Shown here in pieces: positions 20,207 to 30,412 of a DNA stretch of 64,000 nucleotides. The stretch lies in contig CBDCJV010000002.1 in assembly GCA_965217895.1 (NCBI GenBank), forward strand, positions 1,312,001-1,376,000, in the 5' to 3' direction. The translations under genes were made by a program, and so were the position numbers. The notes below the pieces were generated by a model. It was not told the origin of the DNA, did not search any database, and saw nothing but the letters and a program-made list of their open reading frames with translations. Origin of the DNA: Waterburya sp. (GTDB lineage: Bacteria > Cyanobacteriota > Cyanobacteriia > Cyanobacteriales > Xenococcaceae). Within the stretch, counting starts at the first letter, position 1. Every line of letters begins with the position of its first letter.

Positions 20207-22840
20207 TTACTTTGCTTCAACTTGTTGTAAGCAATCTCGCAGAAGGTTTACAAACACCTGTGCATCAGTTTCTTTGATGAGAAAATTGTGATGTTCTCCA
20301 GGTATTTGATGAATATCAAGACCGCCCAATGCCAGATCGCGCCAGCCTCCATAGGGATCTTGATAGCTTTTGGCTAGCTTTACCTTGGTTTGAAACAGAG
20401 TTACCCTGCCAGAATAAGCAGTTGGTTGATAGAGTGCTGCTGCTTGTCGGTTGATGTTCTCAATTTGGCGACGCAGCAATTGTGAAGAGGGGAGTAGTTG
20501 ACTAACAATTTTGGTATATGCCTGAGCAAGAGGATCGGGAATGGTTTTTTTGATATACCAATTTAATCTTCTCGATACGTAATTAAATTTTTCTTGTTGA
20601 TCTAATTGTTCAATATTTTGTAAATGGGCAGCTAACCAGGTAGCAAGATTGTTTTTTAACTCGACAACACTATAACCATAACAATCAAATAGTCCCAAGA
20701 AAGCTACTTGTTCTCCTAGCTGGTTTAACTGTTGCGCCATTTCCCAAGCTAAAATCCCCCCCAAAGAATGTCCCCCCAGATAATAAGGACCGTTAGGTTG
20801 AACGGTGCGTATTTCCTTAATGTAATGACTAGCCATATCTTCAATACAGATATAGGGTTCGTGTCTTCCATTCAAACCCTGGGACTGTAGCCCGTAGACT
20901 GGGCGATCGCCTTGAAGCTGAAATGCTAGATATTGATAGGAAAAGGTGTGTCCACCCGCATTATGAATGCAAAATAAGGGCGGTTTGAAGCCTAAAGGTT
21001 GGATCGGCACCAGAGACGATGGGGAATTAACAGGCTCAACCTGCTCTAGCATCTCGGCTAATTGAACAATGGTTGGTGCTTGAAAAATAGTTGCCAGAGG
21101 TAAGTTTTTACCAAGCTGCTTTTCTATCTGAGTAAATAAACGGGCGGCCAAAATGGAAGTACCCCCTAATTCAAAATAATTGTCTTTGACTCCAATTTGC
21201 TTGATGCCTAAAACTTTTTGCCAAATTTGACTTAATTTTTTTTCCCGCTGATTTCTGGGTGCAACATAGTCTGTAGCTAGGGACTGTCGCTTGAGAGATG
21301 GTGCAGGTAAAGCAGCCAGATCTAGTTTGCCATTGGCAGTTAATGGCAGTTGCTGGATCTGGACAAAGTATTGGGGTATAGCATACTTAGGTAAATGTCC
21401 CTTGAGAAAAGAACGCAACTTGGCGATCGCAATTTGCTGTTTAAATACTAGATAAGCTACCAGAATTTGCCGTTGGGCTATATCTTCTCTGAGAACTACC
21501 ACCACTTCGCTAACAGCCTGATGTTTGCCTAAAACTGCCTCAATTCCTCCTAATTCCACCCGAAAACCGCGAATTTTGACTTGGCGATCGCCTCTACCCA
21601 AAAATTCTAGCTGTCCATCAGGGAGATAGCGAGCGCGATCGCCTGTCCGATAAAGTCTTGCCTTTGGTTGAGAGCTAAAAGGATCGGCGATAAATTTTTG
21701 AGCATTTAACTCTGGTTTATTCAAATATCCCCGCGCGATCGCTTTTCCGCCTATATACATTTCTCCTGGAGTACCAAAAGAAACTGGCTGCCGTGACTCA
21801 TCTAATAAATGAATGGTGACATGGGGAAGAGGTGAACCGATTATACTTCGTTGAGCATGGTCGATATCTTGGGCTTTGAGCCGCTTATAGGTCACTTCTC
21901 CCGCTGTTTCGCACATAGCATACATATTTACTAGCTGAGGCTGATCATCTCCATGATTAGCTACCCAAGACTTGAGCAAATAAGGCTCTAATGCTTCACC
22001 GCTAAAAACTATAAACCGTAGGGATAATGATTTATCAATAGCGCAATCAGCACGCACAAATAAGTTAAAAGCAGAGGGAGTCTGACTAAGAACAGTTACC
22101 TTTTCTCGATGCACCAAATCATAAAATTCTTCAGCAGCAGCGCAGATATATTGCGGCACAATGATTAACTTTCCTCCATGGAGCAAAGCACCCCAAATTT
22201 CCCAAACTGAAAAACCAAAGGAATAGGAGTGAAACATCGTCCAAATATCTTGGTTATTGAACGGCAGCTTGGTTGCTACTGCCTCAAAGAGACTAGCTAC
22301 ATTGCCGTGGGTAGCCATCACCCCTTTGGATTTACCCGTAGAGCCTGAAGTATAAATTACAAAGAGTAAATTATCTGGAGAAATATTTAGGGTTGGAGCT
22401 TGTTGAGTTTGTTGGGCAATCTTGTCAGCATCACGATCTAACAAAACGACCATAGCCCGATGATTAAAATTATGCTCTAAATCAGACTCAGAGATGATTA
22501 TGGGGGCTTGACTATCCTCTAATATATAAGCCAGACGTTCTGAAGGATAATTTGGGTCTAATGGTAAGTAAGCTCCTCCTGCTTTGAGAATAGCTAGAAT
22601 GCTAACAATAGTATCAATCGACCTCTCAACGCACAAGCCGACAATTGTTTCGGCAACAACTCCTAGCTGTAAAAGATGATTGGCAAGCTGATTAGCTCGG
22701 CAATCTAATTGTCTGTAGCTTAAAATTGCTTCACCGTAGCTAACCGCAGGAGCATCAGGATTTTGGGTTACTTGCTGAGAAAATAGTTGATGTAGAGAGG
22801 TATTTGTTTTCCGTTGATTATCGCTAGCAGGATAATTCAT
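20207..22840 (-). CDS. Stand-alone NRPS-like enzyme, A-T-TE
   Basis: A motifs LSYRQL, YTSGSTGKSKG, YRTGD, QVKIRGFRVELGGIE and NGKLD; T motif FELGGTS; TE motif GHSLG with C-terminal GEH; no C domain. Confidence 0.95.
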   Translation of the reverse strand: MNYPASDNQRKTNTSLHQLFSQQVTQNPDAPAVSYGEAILSYRQLDCRANQLANHLLQLGVVAETIVGLCVERSIDTIVSILAILKAGGAYLPLDPNYPSERLAYILEDSQAPIIISESDLEHNFNHRAMVVLLDRDADKIAQQTQQAPTLNISPDNLLFVIYTSGSTGKSKGVMATHGNVASLFEAVATKLPFNNQDIWTMFHSYSFGFSVWEIWGALLHGGKLIIVPQYICAAAEEFYDLVHREKVTVLSQTPSAFNLFVRADCAIDKSLSLRFIVFSGEALEPYLLKSWVANHGDDQPQLVNMYAMCETAGEVTYKRLKAQDIDHAQRSIIGSPLPHVTIHLLDESRQPVSFGTPGEMYIGGKAIARGYLNKPELNAQKFIADPFSSQPKARLYRTGDRARYLPDGQLEFLGRGDRQVKIRGFRVELGGIEAVLGKHQAVSEVVVVLREDIAQRQILVAYLVFKQQIAIAKLRSFLKGHLPKYAIPQYFVQIQQLPLTANGKLDLAALPAPSLKRQSLATDYVAPRNQREKKLSQIWQKVLGIKQIGVKDNYFELGGTSILAARLFTQIEKQLGKNLPLATIFQAPTIVQLAEMLEQVEPVNSPSSLVPIQPLGFKPPLFCIHNAGGHTFSYQYLAFQLQGDRPVYGLQSQGLNGRHEPYICIEDMASHYIKEIRTVQPNGPYYLGGHSLGGILAWEMAQQLNQLGEQVAFLGLFDCYGYSVVELKNNLATWLAAHLQNIEQLDQQEKFNYVSRRLNWYIKKTIPDPLAQAYTKIVSQLLPSSQLLRRQIENINRQAAALYQPTAYSGRVTLFQTKVKLAKSYQDPYGGWRDLALGGLDIHQIPGEHHNFLIKETDAQVFVNLLRDCLQQVEAK

Positions 22841-22845
22841 AGACT

Positions 22846-23694
22846 TTAGTTATGGCTACTGGCACGTTTAGCAACTAAAACAATACCATCATCATTAATC
22901 GCCTGACTGTTCAGAAAATGCTGACTTAACTTATTTTCTAGCAACTGCTGAATCTCATTGGCGCGGGGATGCTGATGGTAACACAGTCTTTGTAAAAGAG
23001 ACTTAGCTGCTTGCGTTCTAGACTCTACCGTTGGTTTATTAAATTCTAAAGGAATAGAAACTGAGTGCATTTCAATGTCTGCAAAACCATTGAGTTCTAA
23101 AATACTGGCTGCTAAAGCGAGTAAATAACCATGATGGGTAGGCTGCTTGCCAGTTAGTAAAGCGCAATCGTTAAGTAAAGAGGCAACTTGATTCCAAGGT
23201 GCTGCTTGGACAAGGATAATTTGCGAGTCCCGATTCTCTCGGCAAACTCTCGCCATTTCTGCAATACACAGAGCAGGATCTTCAGAATATTGTAATACCC
23301 AGGTAGCAATAACAGCATCAAATGAATGGCGATCAAAAGGTAAATCTTCTCCTCTTCCTAAAATAATCTCAATCGGACTATTACTTTCGATTAGGGCAGC
23401 ATTATCGGCATCTGGTTCAACTACGGTACATTTACCATAACGTTGGGCGATCGCCGTTGTCAATAACCCAGTGCCACCGCCAATGTCAAGAATATCATCA
23501 CATCCTGACAATAGCTGTAAAAGCAATTTTATTTCAGCTTCAGGTTTAAGTCGCTGGGCAAATTCTACCCAACCTTCATGAAACAAGGACTTTGCTCCTC
23601 CATATGTATTAGGAAAAGCGATTTGTGGGTTACAAAAAGGATGCTGTCGCCAGCGATTAGAAATTTGCGGATGGGTATTCGTAGCTATATTCAT
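22846..23694 (-). CDS. Class I SAM-dependent methyltransferase
   Basis: ILDIGGGTG, EDLPF..HSFDAV and EMARV motifs; stops 5 bp before the NRPS start. Confidence 0.9.
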   Translation of the reverse strand: MNIATNTHPQISNRWRQHPFCNPQIAFPNTYGGAKSLFHEGWVEFAQRLKPEAEIKLLLQLLSGCDDILDIGGGTGLLTTAIAQRYGKCTVVEPDADNAALIESNSPIEIILGRGEDLPFDRHSFDAVIATWVLQYSEDPALCIAEMARVCRENRDSQIILVQAAPWNQVASLLNDCALLTGKQPTHHGYLLALAASILELNGFADIEMHSVSIPLEFNKPTVESRTQAAKSLLQRLCYHQHPRANEIQQLLENKLSQHFLNSQAINDDGIVLVAKRASSHN

Positions 23695-24424
23695 TATCTA
23701 TTTTTATGAAGGCGATTGCTTTTTTATAAAGTTTTAACTTTAAAATAAACCTGCTTGGTTATATTATTGAGGTTAAATATTCAAGTTTAATACATAAATA
23801 AAACCAATGTATATTCAACATTTAAGTTAATTAAAGTTATTTTCCCAAGATGTTATTGAAACACAGTTAAATAATCATTATTTATTTAATATTATTTTCA
23901 GATATTTTAATAAACATAGTGAACATTATTTCAGGTTTAAAGTCAATAGTGTTTAACAGTATTCAGCTAAATTCTTAACTTAAATTAAATATTACTCAAA
24001 TTATTATCAATATAGATCAATATATACAGATCTATAGTCCAAATAGTCAATAATAGGTCTATATCTAGACTTGTACAGTACAAAGAAGCTAAAAAGTATT
24101 TACCTTATTTTTAACTATTGTGCTGGTATATTGCTCGCAAAACGTAGCATTTGATAATTTCTAGATCGACGTTGCAAAATTAACTAATGCTATAGAAAAT
24201 CCGTTTAATTGTTATAAAAACATTAAATTTGTTTATTTATTTTAATGGTTTTCTTAGGCAATGTTTATTACTGGTGTTGATAGTTGGATACTTATCAAAA
24301 GCTTATAAAAGAGCAAATGTTCTGTCATCTTGCCGTAGTAATCGCTTATTTTAAGCGAAATTATGAAAAATAGTAAAAATATCAATCTCATCAAATTTAA
24401 TAAACACCTGCTTCTTGAGGAATA

Positions 24425-24892
24425 ATGATAGAAAATTCAACACTTACTCTTTCAAAAAATACCAACGAGTATCATTCTGCCGATCTAGCTAAGAAAGACA
24501 TTTATGGTCAAGCAACTGAAACTCGCAACCACTGGAAGTCATTAATTTTTGAATATTTAATTTCAGCACAATTCTATCGTCAACACTCAAATCCGCCTCT
24601 TTGGACAGATTACCACTATCATAATTTTCAGGTAACTCTAACCTTGACTTCTCCCTGCAACAAAGCAGATTTATATGGTGTAGATATGATTGAAGCCCAA
24701 AAAATTTTAGAGGCAGTATGTGAGCAAATTCCCAGTAAGGTAAACGAATTACCTGAATGTATCAACGGCACAACAGAACAGCTTTGTTTGTATTTTGCTT
24801 CTCAGGTTAGGTTCAAAGATCCCCAAGTACAGATTAAATCTGTGAGCGTATCCGAGACTCCTGAAAGAGTGACCAAAATAAGTTTCGCTTGA
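24425..24892 (+). CDS. 6-pyruvoyl-tetrahydropterin synthase / QueD-like T-fold protein
   Basis: H-x9-HxH (QHSNPPLWTDYHYHNFQV), GVD, VNEL, TTEQL and terminal VSVSETP; GAGGA RBS upstream. Confidence 0.72.
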   Translation: MIENSTLTLSKNTNEYHSADLAKKDIYGQATETRNHWKSLIFEYLISAQFYRQHSNPPLWTDYHYHNFQVTLTLTSPCNKADLYGVDMIEAQKILEAVCEQIPSKVNELPECINGTTEQLCLYFASQVRFKDPQVQIKSVSVSETPERVTKISFA

Positions 24893-24997
24893 AGAAATCG
24901 GCTTGATTGGTTTTATTCATTAAAAAAAGCGATGCAGCACGTTGTGAGGGTCACATACAGCTAAAGCCTTTGTCCCATTGTAGCAACTGTATTTGTG

Positions 24998-25040
24998 AGC
25001 GATCGCCTGCTATAATTACTTTGGTAGCGATCGCTTTTTT
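24998..25040 (+). terminator. HIP1-based hairpin plus T tract between convergent genes
   Basis: AGCGATCGC...GCGATCGCT followed by TTTTT. Confidence 0.45.
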
Positions 25041-25069
25041 GAAATTAAACTCGATCTTGTTTGCCCAGG

Positions 25070-26413
25070 CTATGCCGATTCAGGCTTGCGATAAGAAGTT
25101 GGATGGATAATCAACTCAGCAGTAGAGCGTTTTTCTACCATTTCTTCGGTAATAACGCATTTACTCAAATCTTTACGAGAGGGAATTTCGTACATCATAT
25201 CTAGCATCAATTCTTCGACGATACCCCGTAAAGCTCTCGCACCCGTTTTACGACGATAAGCCTCTTTGGCTAAGGCTTTGATTGCACCTTCGGTAAACTC
25301 AAGCTCAATGTTATCCATTCCCAGCAGCTTTTTATACTGTTTGACAATAGCATTTTTAGGTTTAGTCAATATCTGGACTAACGTAGCTTCGTCTAAAGGT
25401 TCTAAGGCTGCGGTAACGGGAATTCTACCCACAAACTCAGGAATCATGCCGAACTTAACTAGGTCGTCTAACTCCAACTTCTGTAATATGTCGGCGGTAC
25501 GCTTTTCCTTGGAAGGAGGATTTTCTCCCTTCTGAATAAAGCCCATTGACTTTTTACCCAGACGACGCTCTACTACCTTATCTAAGCCAACAAATGCACC
25601 ACCACAAATAAACAAAATATTCTTGGTATCAATTTGAATACAGTCTTGATAAGGATGCTTACGACCACCTTGGGGTGGTACATTAGCTACTGTCCCTTCT
25701 AACATTTTAAGTAATGCTTGCTGTACCCCTTCACCTGAAACATCGCGGGTAATTGAAGCATTCTCGCTTTTACGAGCTATTTTATCAATTTCGTCAATAT
25801 AGATAATGCCTCGCTGCGCCTCTTCTACATCTAAGTCAGCTACCTGTAACAAACGAAGTAGAATATTTTCCACATCTTCTCCCACATATCCCGCTTCGGT
25901 AAGGGTAGTAGCATCGGCAACGGCAAAAGGCACTTGTAAAACTTTAGCTAGAGTTTGTGCCAAAAGGGTCTTACCACAGCCTGTAGGACCAATTAAGAGA
26001 ACATTAGACTTTTGTAGCTCTACGGGGTCATCAGCATCCTTGGCTTTATTAGCCAAGCTGAGACGTTTGTAATGATTATACACCCCAACAGAAAGAACTT
26101 TTTTTGCTTCTTCCTGACCAATTACGTGTTCGTCTAAACAGCTTTTTATCTCAATTGGCTTGGGAATGTCTCCAAAAGAAATGCCACCCGATTTTGACTT
26201 TTTCTTTTTGGCTGGTTTTGCTTCAGGATTTCCCGATACCGCAGCCGAAGAGACTACAGCCCCTTCTTCAATCAACTCCTCATCTAAAATTTCGTTACAC
26301 AGTTCAACACATTCATCACAAATATAAACTCCAGGTCCTGCAATTAACTTTCTGACTTGTTCTTGTGATTTTCCGCAAAATGAACATTTTAGATGGGAGT
26401 CGTATTTAGACAT
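25070..26413 (-). CDS. clpX: ATP-dependent Clp protease ATP-binding subunit
   Basis: CSFCGK zinc finger, [15 protein letters not shown] and GARALR. Confidence 0.98.
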   Translation of the reverse strand: MSKYDSHLKCSFCGKSQEQVRKLIAGPGVYICDECVELCNEILDEELIEEGAVVSSAAVSGNPEAKPAKKKKSKSGGISFGDIPKPIEIKSCLDEHVIGQEEAKKVLSVGVYNHYKRLSLANKAKDADDPVELQKSNVLLIGPTGCGKTLLAQTLAKVLQVPFAVADATTLTEAGYVGEDVENILLRLLQVADLDVEEAQRGIIYIDEIDKIARKSENASITRDVSGEGVQQALLKMLEGTVANVPPQGGRKHPYQDCIQIDTKNILFICGGAFVGLDKVVERRLGKKSMGFIQKGENPPSKEKRTADILQKLELDDLVKFGMIPEFVGRIPVTAALEPLDEATLVQILTKPKNAIVKQYKKLLGMDNIELEFTEGAIKALAKEAYRRKTGARALRGIVEELMLDMMYEIPSRKDLSKCVITEEMVEKRSTAELIIHPTSYRKPESA

Positions 26414-26440
26414 ATATACCTCGTACTATTTAGGGCAATT

Positions 26441-27142
26441 TTAGGTGGGTGAGCTTAACGCTTCTGGCTTAATAATGACTTTATCAATTAAGCCATATTC
26501 CACAGCGTCCTCGGACGACATATAGAAATCTCTTTCTGTATCGGCAGCTATCTTATCAAAAGGTTGATTAGTATGTCCTGCAATCAGTTCATTAAGTCTT
26601 TGTTTGATATAAAGAATTTCTTTTGCCTGGATTTCGATATCTGATGCCTGTCCTTGAGCGCCTCCTAAAGGTTGGTGGATCATAATTCGCGAACTAGGCA
26701 ACGCCATGCGCTTCCCTTTTGTACCACCAGATAGTAAAAAAGCACCCATACTGGCAGCAATTCCATAACAAATTGTTACAACATCGGGCTGAATTTGCTG
26801 CATGGTGTCGTATATTGCCAATCCTGAATAGACCGAACCACCAGGGGAATTGATATATATTTGAATATCCTTTTCAGGATCTTCAGCCTCTAAATACAAT
26901 AGCTGAGCCACAACCGAATCGGCTACTTTATCATCGATAGCCGTACCTAAGAAGATAATGCGTTCTCGCAAAAGACGAGAATAGATATCAAAGGCTCGTT
27001 CGCCAATTCCAGACTGTTCTACAACCATTGGCACTACGTTACCATTGGGTTGAGAAGACTGGATCTCAGGAATATTATTATTAACTTGAAAGCCGTAATT
27101 TGAAAGCGATTTCAACATAGGTTCTTGCCAAAAATTTTTCAC
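26441..27142 (-). CDS. clpP: Clp protease proteolytic subunit
   Basis: [26 protein letters not shown] and MIHQP; exact start uncertain. Confidence 0.97.
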   Translation of the reverse strand: MKNFWQEPMLKSLSNYGFQVNNNIPEIQSSQPNGNVVPMVVEQSGIGERAFDIYSRLLRERIIFLGTAIDDKVADSVVAQLLYLEAEDPEKDIQIYINSPGGSVYSGLAIYDTMQQIQPDVVTICYGIAASMGAFLLSGGTKGKRMALPSSRIMIHQPLGGAQGQASDIEIQAKEILYIKQRLNELIAGHTNQPFDKIAADTERDFYMSSEDAVEYGLIDKVIIKPEALSSPT

Positions 27143-27348
27143 TAATAAAAATATGTTCTTAAATTAAGCTTGCATAACTATGTTCAGCTAAGAGATATCT
27201 TTAACTCTTTTATTTATTATGCCTTAACTAAATTACGATCAGTTGCCGAATTAAGGTGAGGTTACCTGGAAAGACAGGTAAATAATTGTCAGCATTTCTA
27301 TCTTTCCCAGGTAATTTTTATTCAGAACCTATTTTCCTTATTTACGGC

Positions 27349-28740
27349 TTATTCAGAATCTTCTAATACTTCAACTTCAGCCGTTTCCACCTCCTCATCA
27401 GCATCCGCTTCTTCAGCCAAAGAACCTTCTGAGACAAGCTCTACTTGAGCTTTGTCCCGTAACCACTTAAAGGTGTTTTCGCTCAACAAGTCTTGAGTAA
27501 CCATTTCCTTTAAACGGTCTTCATCAACTTCTTGCCCAGTCAATTGTGGTCTAATTTCCGCTATTTTGGCTTCGATTGCTGAGCGATCTGGCTCTAAGCC
27601 TTCTTTTTTAGCTATTTCCTTAAGTATTAAAGACTTTTTGAGATTAGTCAAAGCTTCAGGGCGAGCATTGTCCCTCAGCATGGGAACATTATCAGAATTA
27701 AATAGCTGTCTTACGTCTAATCCCATCTGCTGCATCTGCATTAGGGTTTTAGTGAGAACATTAGTTACTTCTTCTTGAACCAAAGATTCTGGTAAGTCTA
27801 TAGTGTTCTGTTCTAATAAAGCAGCCGCGATCGCATCATTTATATTATTATTGGTTTGATCTTCTGCTTGCTCTTTAAACCGTTTCTCTAAAGATTCTTT
27901 ATAGGCAGTCATGGTTTCAAACTCTTCGTCAGTGACTTCCTGAGCAAAGTCATCATCTAACTCAGGCAATTCTTTAGTTTTCAATTCATTTAGAGTAATA
28001 CTAAAGACTGCTGATTTACCCGCCAAATCCTCCTGGGGATAATCTTCAGGAAAAGTTACCGCCACTTCTTTGGTTTCTTCGGGCTTCATGTCCACAATTC
28101 CTTCAACCATGCCAGGAATTAATTTTCCTTCTACCAGTTCTACCTGGAAGTTAGTAGCACTACCTCCTTCGATTTCTTGACCTTCTTCCCCCTCGGCGGT
28201 TAGCGTGCCTTTAAAATCTACAAAAGCAACATCTCCCATAACTGCTGTACGGTCTTCTACGGGAACTAAGTCAGCTTTTTGCTCACGACGTTGCTCGATA
28301 AATTCATCTACTTTTTCAGGCTTGTAGACTATTTCTTCAGCCTTGACATTTAGACTGCCATAATCAGCAAGTTCTACAGATGGTGGCACATCTACCGCAA
28401 TTGAAAAAGTAAATGTATCTCCTGGATTATATTGCACCAACAATTCTTCAAAATTAGAGCGCAAATTTGGTTGACCAAGAGCTTCGATAGACTCTTGTTC
28501 AATAGCATCCTGTAATGACTTTTGAATTAATTCTTCTAAAGCAGCAGCTTTAATCCGCTCATTGCCAATTCTTTGTAACAAAACCTGACGTGGTACTTTC
28601 CCTTTGCGAAACCCAGGAATATTGCTGGAACGGGAAAGGTTTTGCACCATTTTCTCATAGGCACTGCGAGATGCTTCAGGTGCGATTTCTATATTTAAAC
28701 CTAATTGACTTTCAGGAAGTCTCTCCTGGGTTACTTTCAT
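27349..28740 (-). CDS. tig: Trigger factor
   Basis: PGFRKGKVP signature; tig-clpP-clpX order. Confidence 0.97.
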   Translation of the reverse strand: MKVTQERLPESQLGLNIEIAPEASRSAYEKMVQNLSRSSNIPGFRKGKVPRQVLLQRIGNERIKAAALEELIQKSLQDAIEQESIEALGQPNLRSNFEELLVQYNPGDTFTFSIAVDVPPSVELADYGSLNVKAEEIVYKPEKVDEFIEQRREQKADLVPVEDRTAVMGDVAFVDFKGTLTAEGEEGQEIEGGSATNFQVELVEGKLIPGMVEGIVDMKPEETKEVAVTFPEDYPQEDLAGKSAVFSITLNELKTKELPELDDDFAQEVTDEEFETMTAYKESLEKRFKEQAEDQTNNNINDAIAAALLEQNTIDLPESLVQEEVTNVLTKTLMQMQQMGLDVRQLFNSDNVPMLRDNARPEALTNLKKSLILKEIAKKEGLEPDRSAIEAKIAEIRPQLTGQEVDEDRLKEMVTQDLLSENTFKWLRDKAQVELVSEGSLAEEADADEEVETAEVEVLEDSE

Positions 28741-29320
28741 TTCCTGCTTCTATCCCAAAACTATTTAATTGATATTGATTCTATTGTGGATCTTTATAGG
28801 GGCTAGCTTAAAGTAAAGTCACAGATTACTCCGCCTTGCAAAAGCAGTGCTTGCCGTTGACTGCCTTTAACGGTTAAAAAACGCAATACTTAATTGATGT
28901 TTGAGAACAAAATTAGTGTTTTTGTACTGTGTTGTTGCTCATTAGAATGATTTTTAACAGCTTTTCCCTATCAGTCAATAGTCATAATAGTATATCTATC
29001 GCCAGAGCTACACTTTTTCTTCCTGTTTGGCTTTCTATTTTAAGAAGCTCTAGACAAAGAGTGAAGACGAGTATTAGACAAATACTTATTGCAGACTGTA
29101 AACCTTAGCTCATCATAATTGAAACATTATGATAGGATTATTCGGTACTTGGGTTACTCATCCTGCATAAACAAAATTTTAATAATATCAATATCGATTA
29201 TTAATTGCAGCTAATTAGTACTGGTTATCAAAAACAAGCGATACATAGAAAAGAAGAAGAATTTTAAGTCTGTCAGTTTAATTTAAGTTAGGTTAAAACA
29301 ATTTATGGAGGTCAGTTTCA

Positions 29321-30364
29321 TTGTCTAAAAATGTAAGTGTAGCTATTTTGGGAGCGACTGGAGCAGTTGGTCAAGAACTATTAGAATTATTGGCAGAGCG
29401 TAAGTTTCCGCTTAAGGAATTAAAGTTATTAGCCTCACCTCGTTCTGCTGGTAGTAAGATTGTATTTAATAGTCAAGAAATAACTGTAGAAGCAGTTAAC
29501 GAAAAGTCTTTTGAAGGGGTGGATATTGTTCTGGCTTCAGCAGGTGGCTCTACTTCCAAAGCCTGGGCTAAAAAGGCTGTAGAGGCTGGAGCGGTAGTTA
29601 TCGATAACTCTAGTGCCTTTAGGATGGATGATAATGTGCCTTTGGTAGTTCCTGAAATTAACCCCGAAGCAGCAGCAAAACATCAGGGAATCATTGCCAA
29701 CCCCAACTGCACAACTATCTTAATGGGAGTGGCTATTTATCCTCTACATCAGGTGCAGCCAATCAAGCGGATAGTCGTATCTACCTATCAGTCTGCTTCT
29801 GGTGCTGGTGCTAGAGCAATGGAGGAGGCAAAAACTCAAGCGAGAGATATTTTAGATGGCAAACAGCCCCAGGCAGAAGTATTGCCATATCCTATTGCCT
29901 TTAATCTATTTCCTCACAATTCTCCTTTAAACGAGCAGGGATATTGTGAAGAAGAGATGAAAATGGTTAACGAGACGCGGAAGATTTTTGACGCTCCTGA
30001 ATTGAAGATCACTGCTACTTGTGTTCGAGTGCCTATTTTACGCGCTCATTCTGAAGCAGTTAACCTGGAGTTTGCTCAACCCTTTGAGGTAGCCAAGGCA
30101 AAAGAACTAATCACTGCTGCACCAGGGGTTAAGGTTGTTGAAGATTGGCAGAGTAATTACTTCCCTATGCCCATCGATGCAACGGGACAAGATCCTGTAT
30201 TGGTAGGCAGGATTCGCCAAGATATTTCTCAAGATTGTAGTTTGGAACTATGGCTTTGTGGAGATCAGATTCGCAAGGGTGCTGCCCTTAATGCCATTCA
30301 AATAGCAGAGTTACTCTTAGCCAAAAATTTGTTAACAACACCTGATTCAGTAGTGAGCGTCTAG
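29321..30364 (+). CDS. asd: Aspartate-semialdehyde dehydrogenase
   Basis: GATGAVG, ANPNCTT, QSASGAG and KGAALNA; GGAGG RBS. Confidence 0.97.
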   Translation: MSKNVSVAILGATGAVGQELLELLAERKFPLKELKLLASPRSAGSKIVFNSQEITVEAVNEKSFEGVDIVLASAGGSTSKAWAKKAVEAGAVVIDNSSAFRMDDNVPLVVPEINPEAAAKHQGIIANPNCTTILMGVAIYPLHQVQPIKRIVVSTYQSASGAGARAMEEAKTQARDILDGKQPQAEVLPYPIAFNLFPHNSPLNEQGYCEEEMKMVNETRKIFDAPELKITATCVRVPILRAHSEAVNLEFAQPFEVAKAKELITAAPGVKVVEDWQSNYFPMPIDATGQDPVLVGRIRQDISQDCSLELWLCGDQIRKGAALNAIQIAELLLAKNLLTTPDSVVSV

Positions 30365-30412
30365 CCGTCACTTTTCTTGATTGATAAATTAAATTATTTG
30401 AGTCTAGATTTA

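Noticed and set aside
20207..22840. NRPS as MysE of mycosporine-like amino acid synthesis
   Set aside because: Similar size and A-T-TE layout, but no mysABC genes in the window and the pocket lacks the Asp needed for Ser activation
24907..25110. 67 aa + strand ORF
   Set aside because: Spans a hairpin and overlaps the clpX 3' end; no recognisable motifs
28741..29320. Possible riboswitch or tRNA upstream of asd/tig
   Set aside because: No cloverleaf or recognisable riboswitch consensus seen
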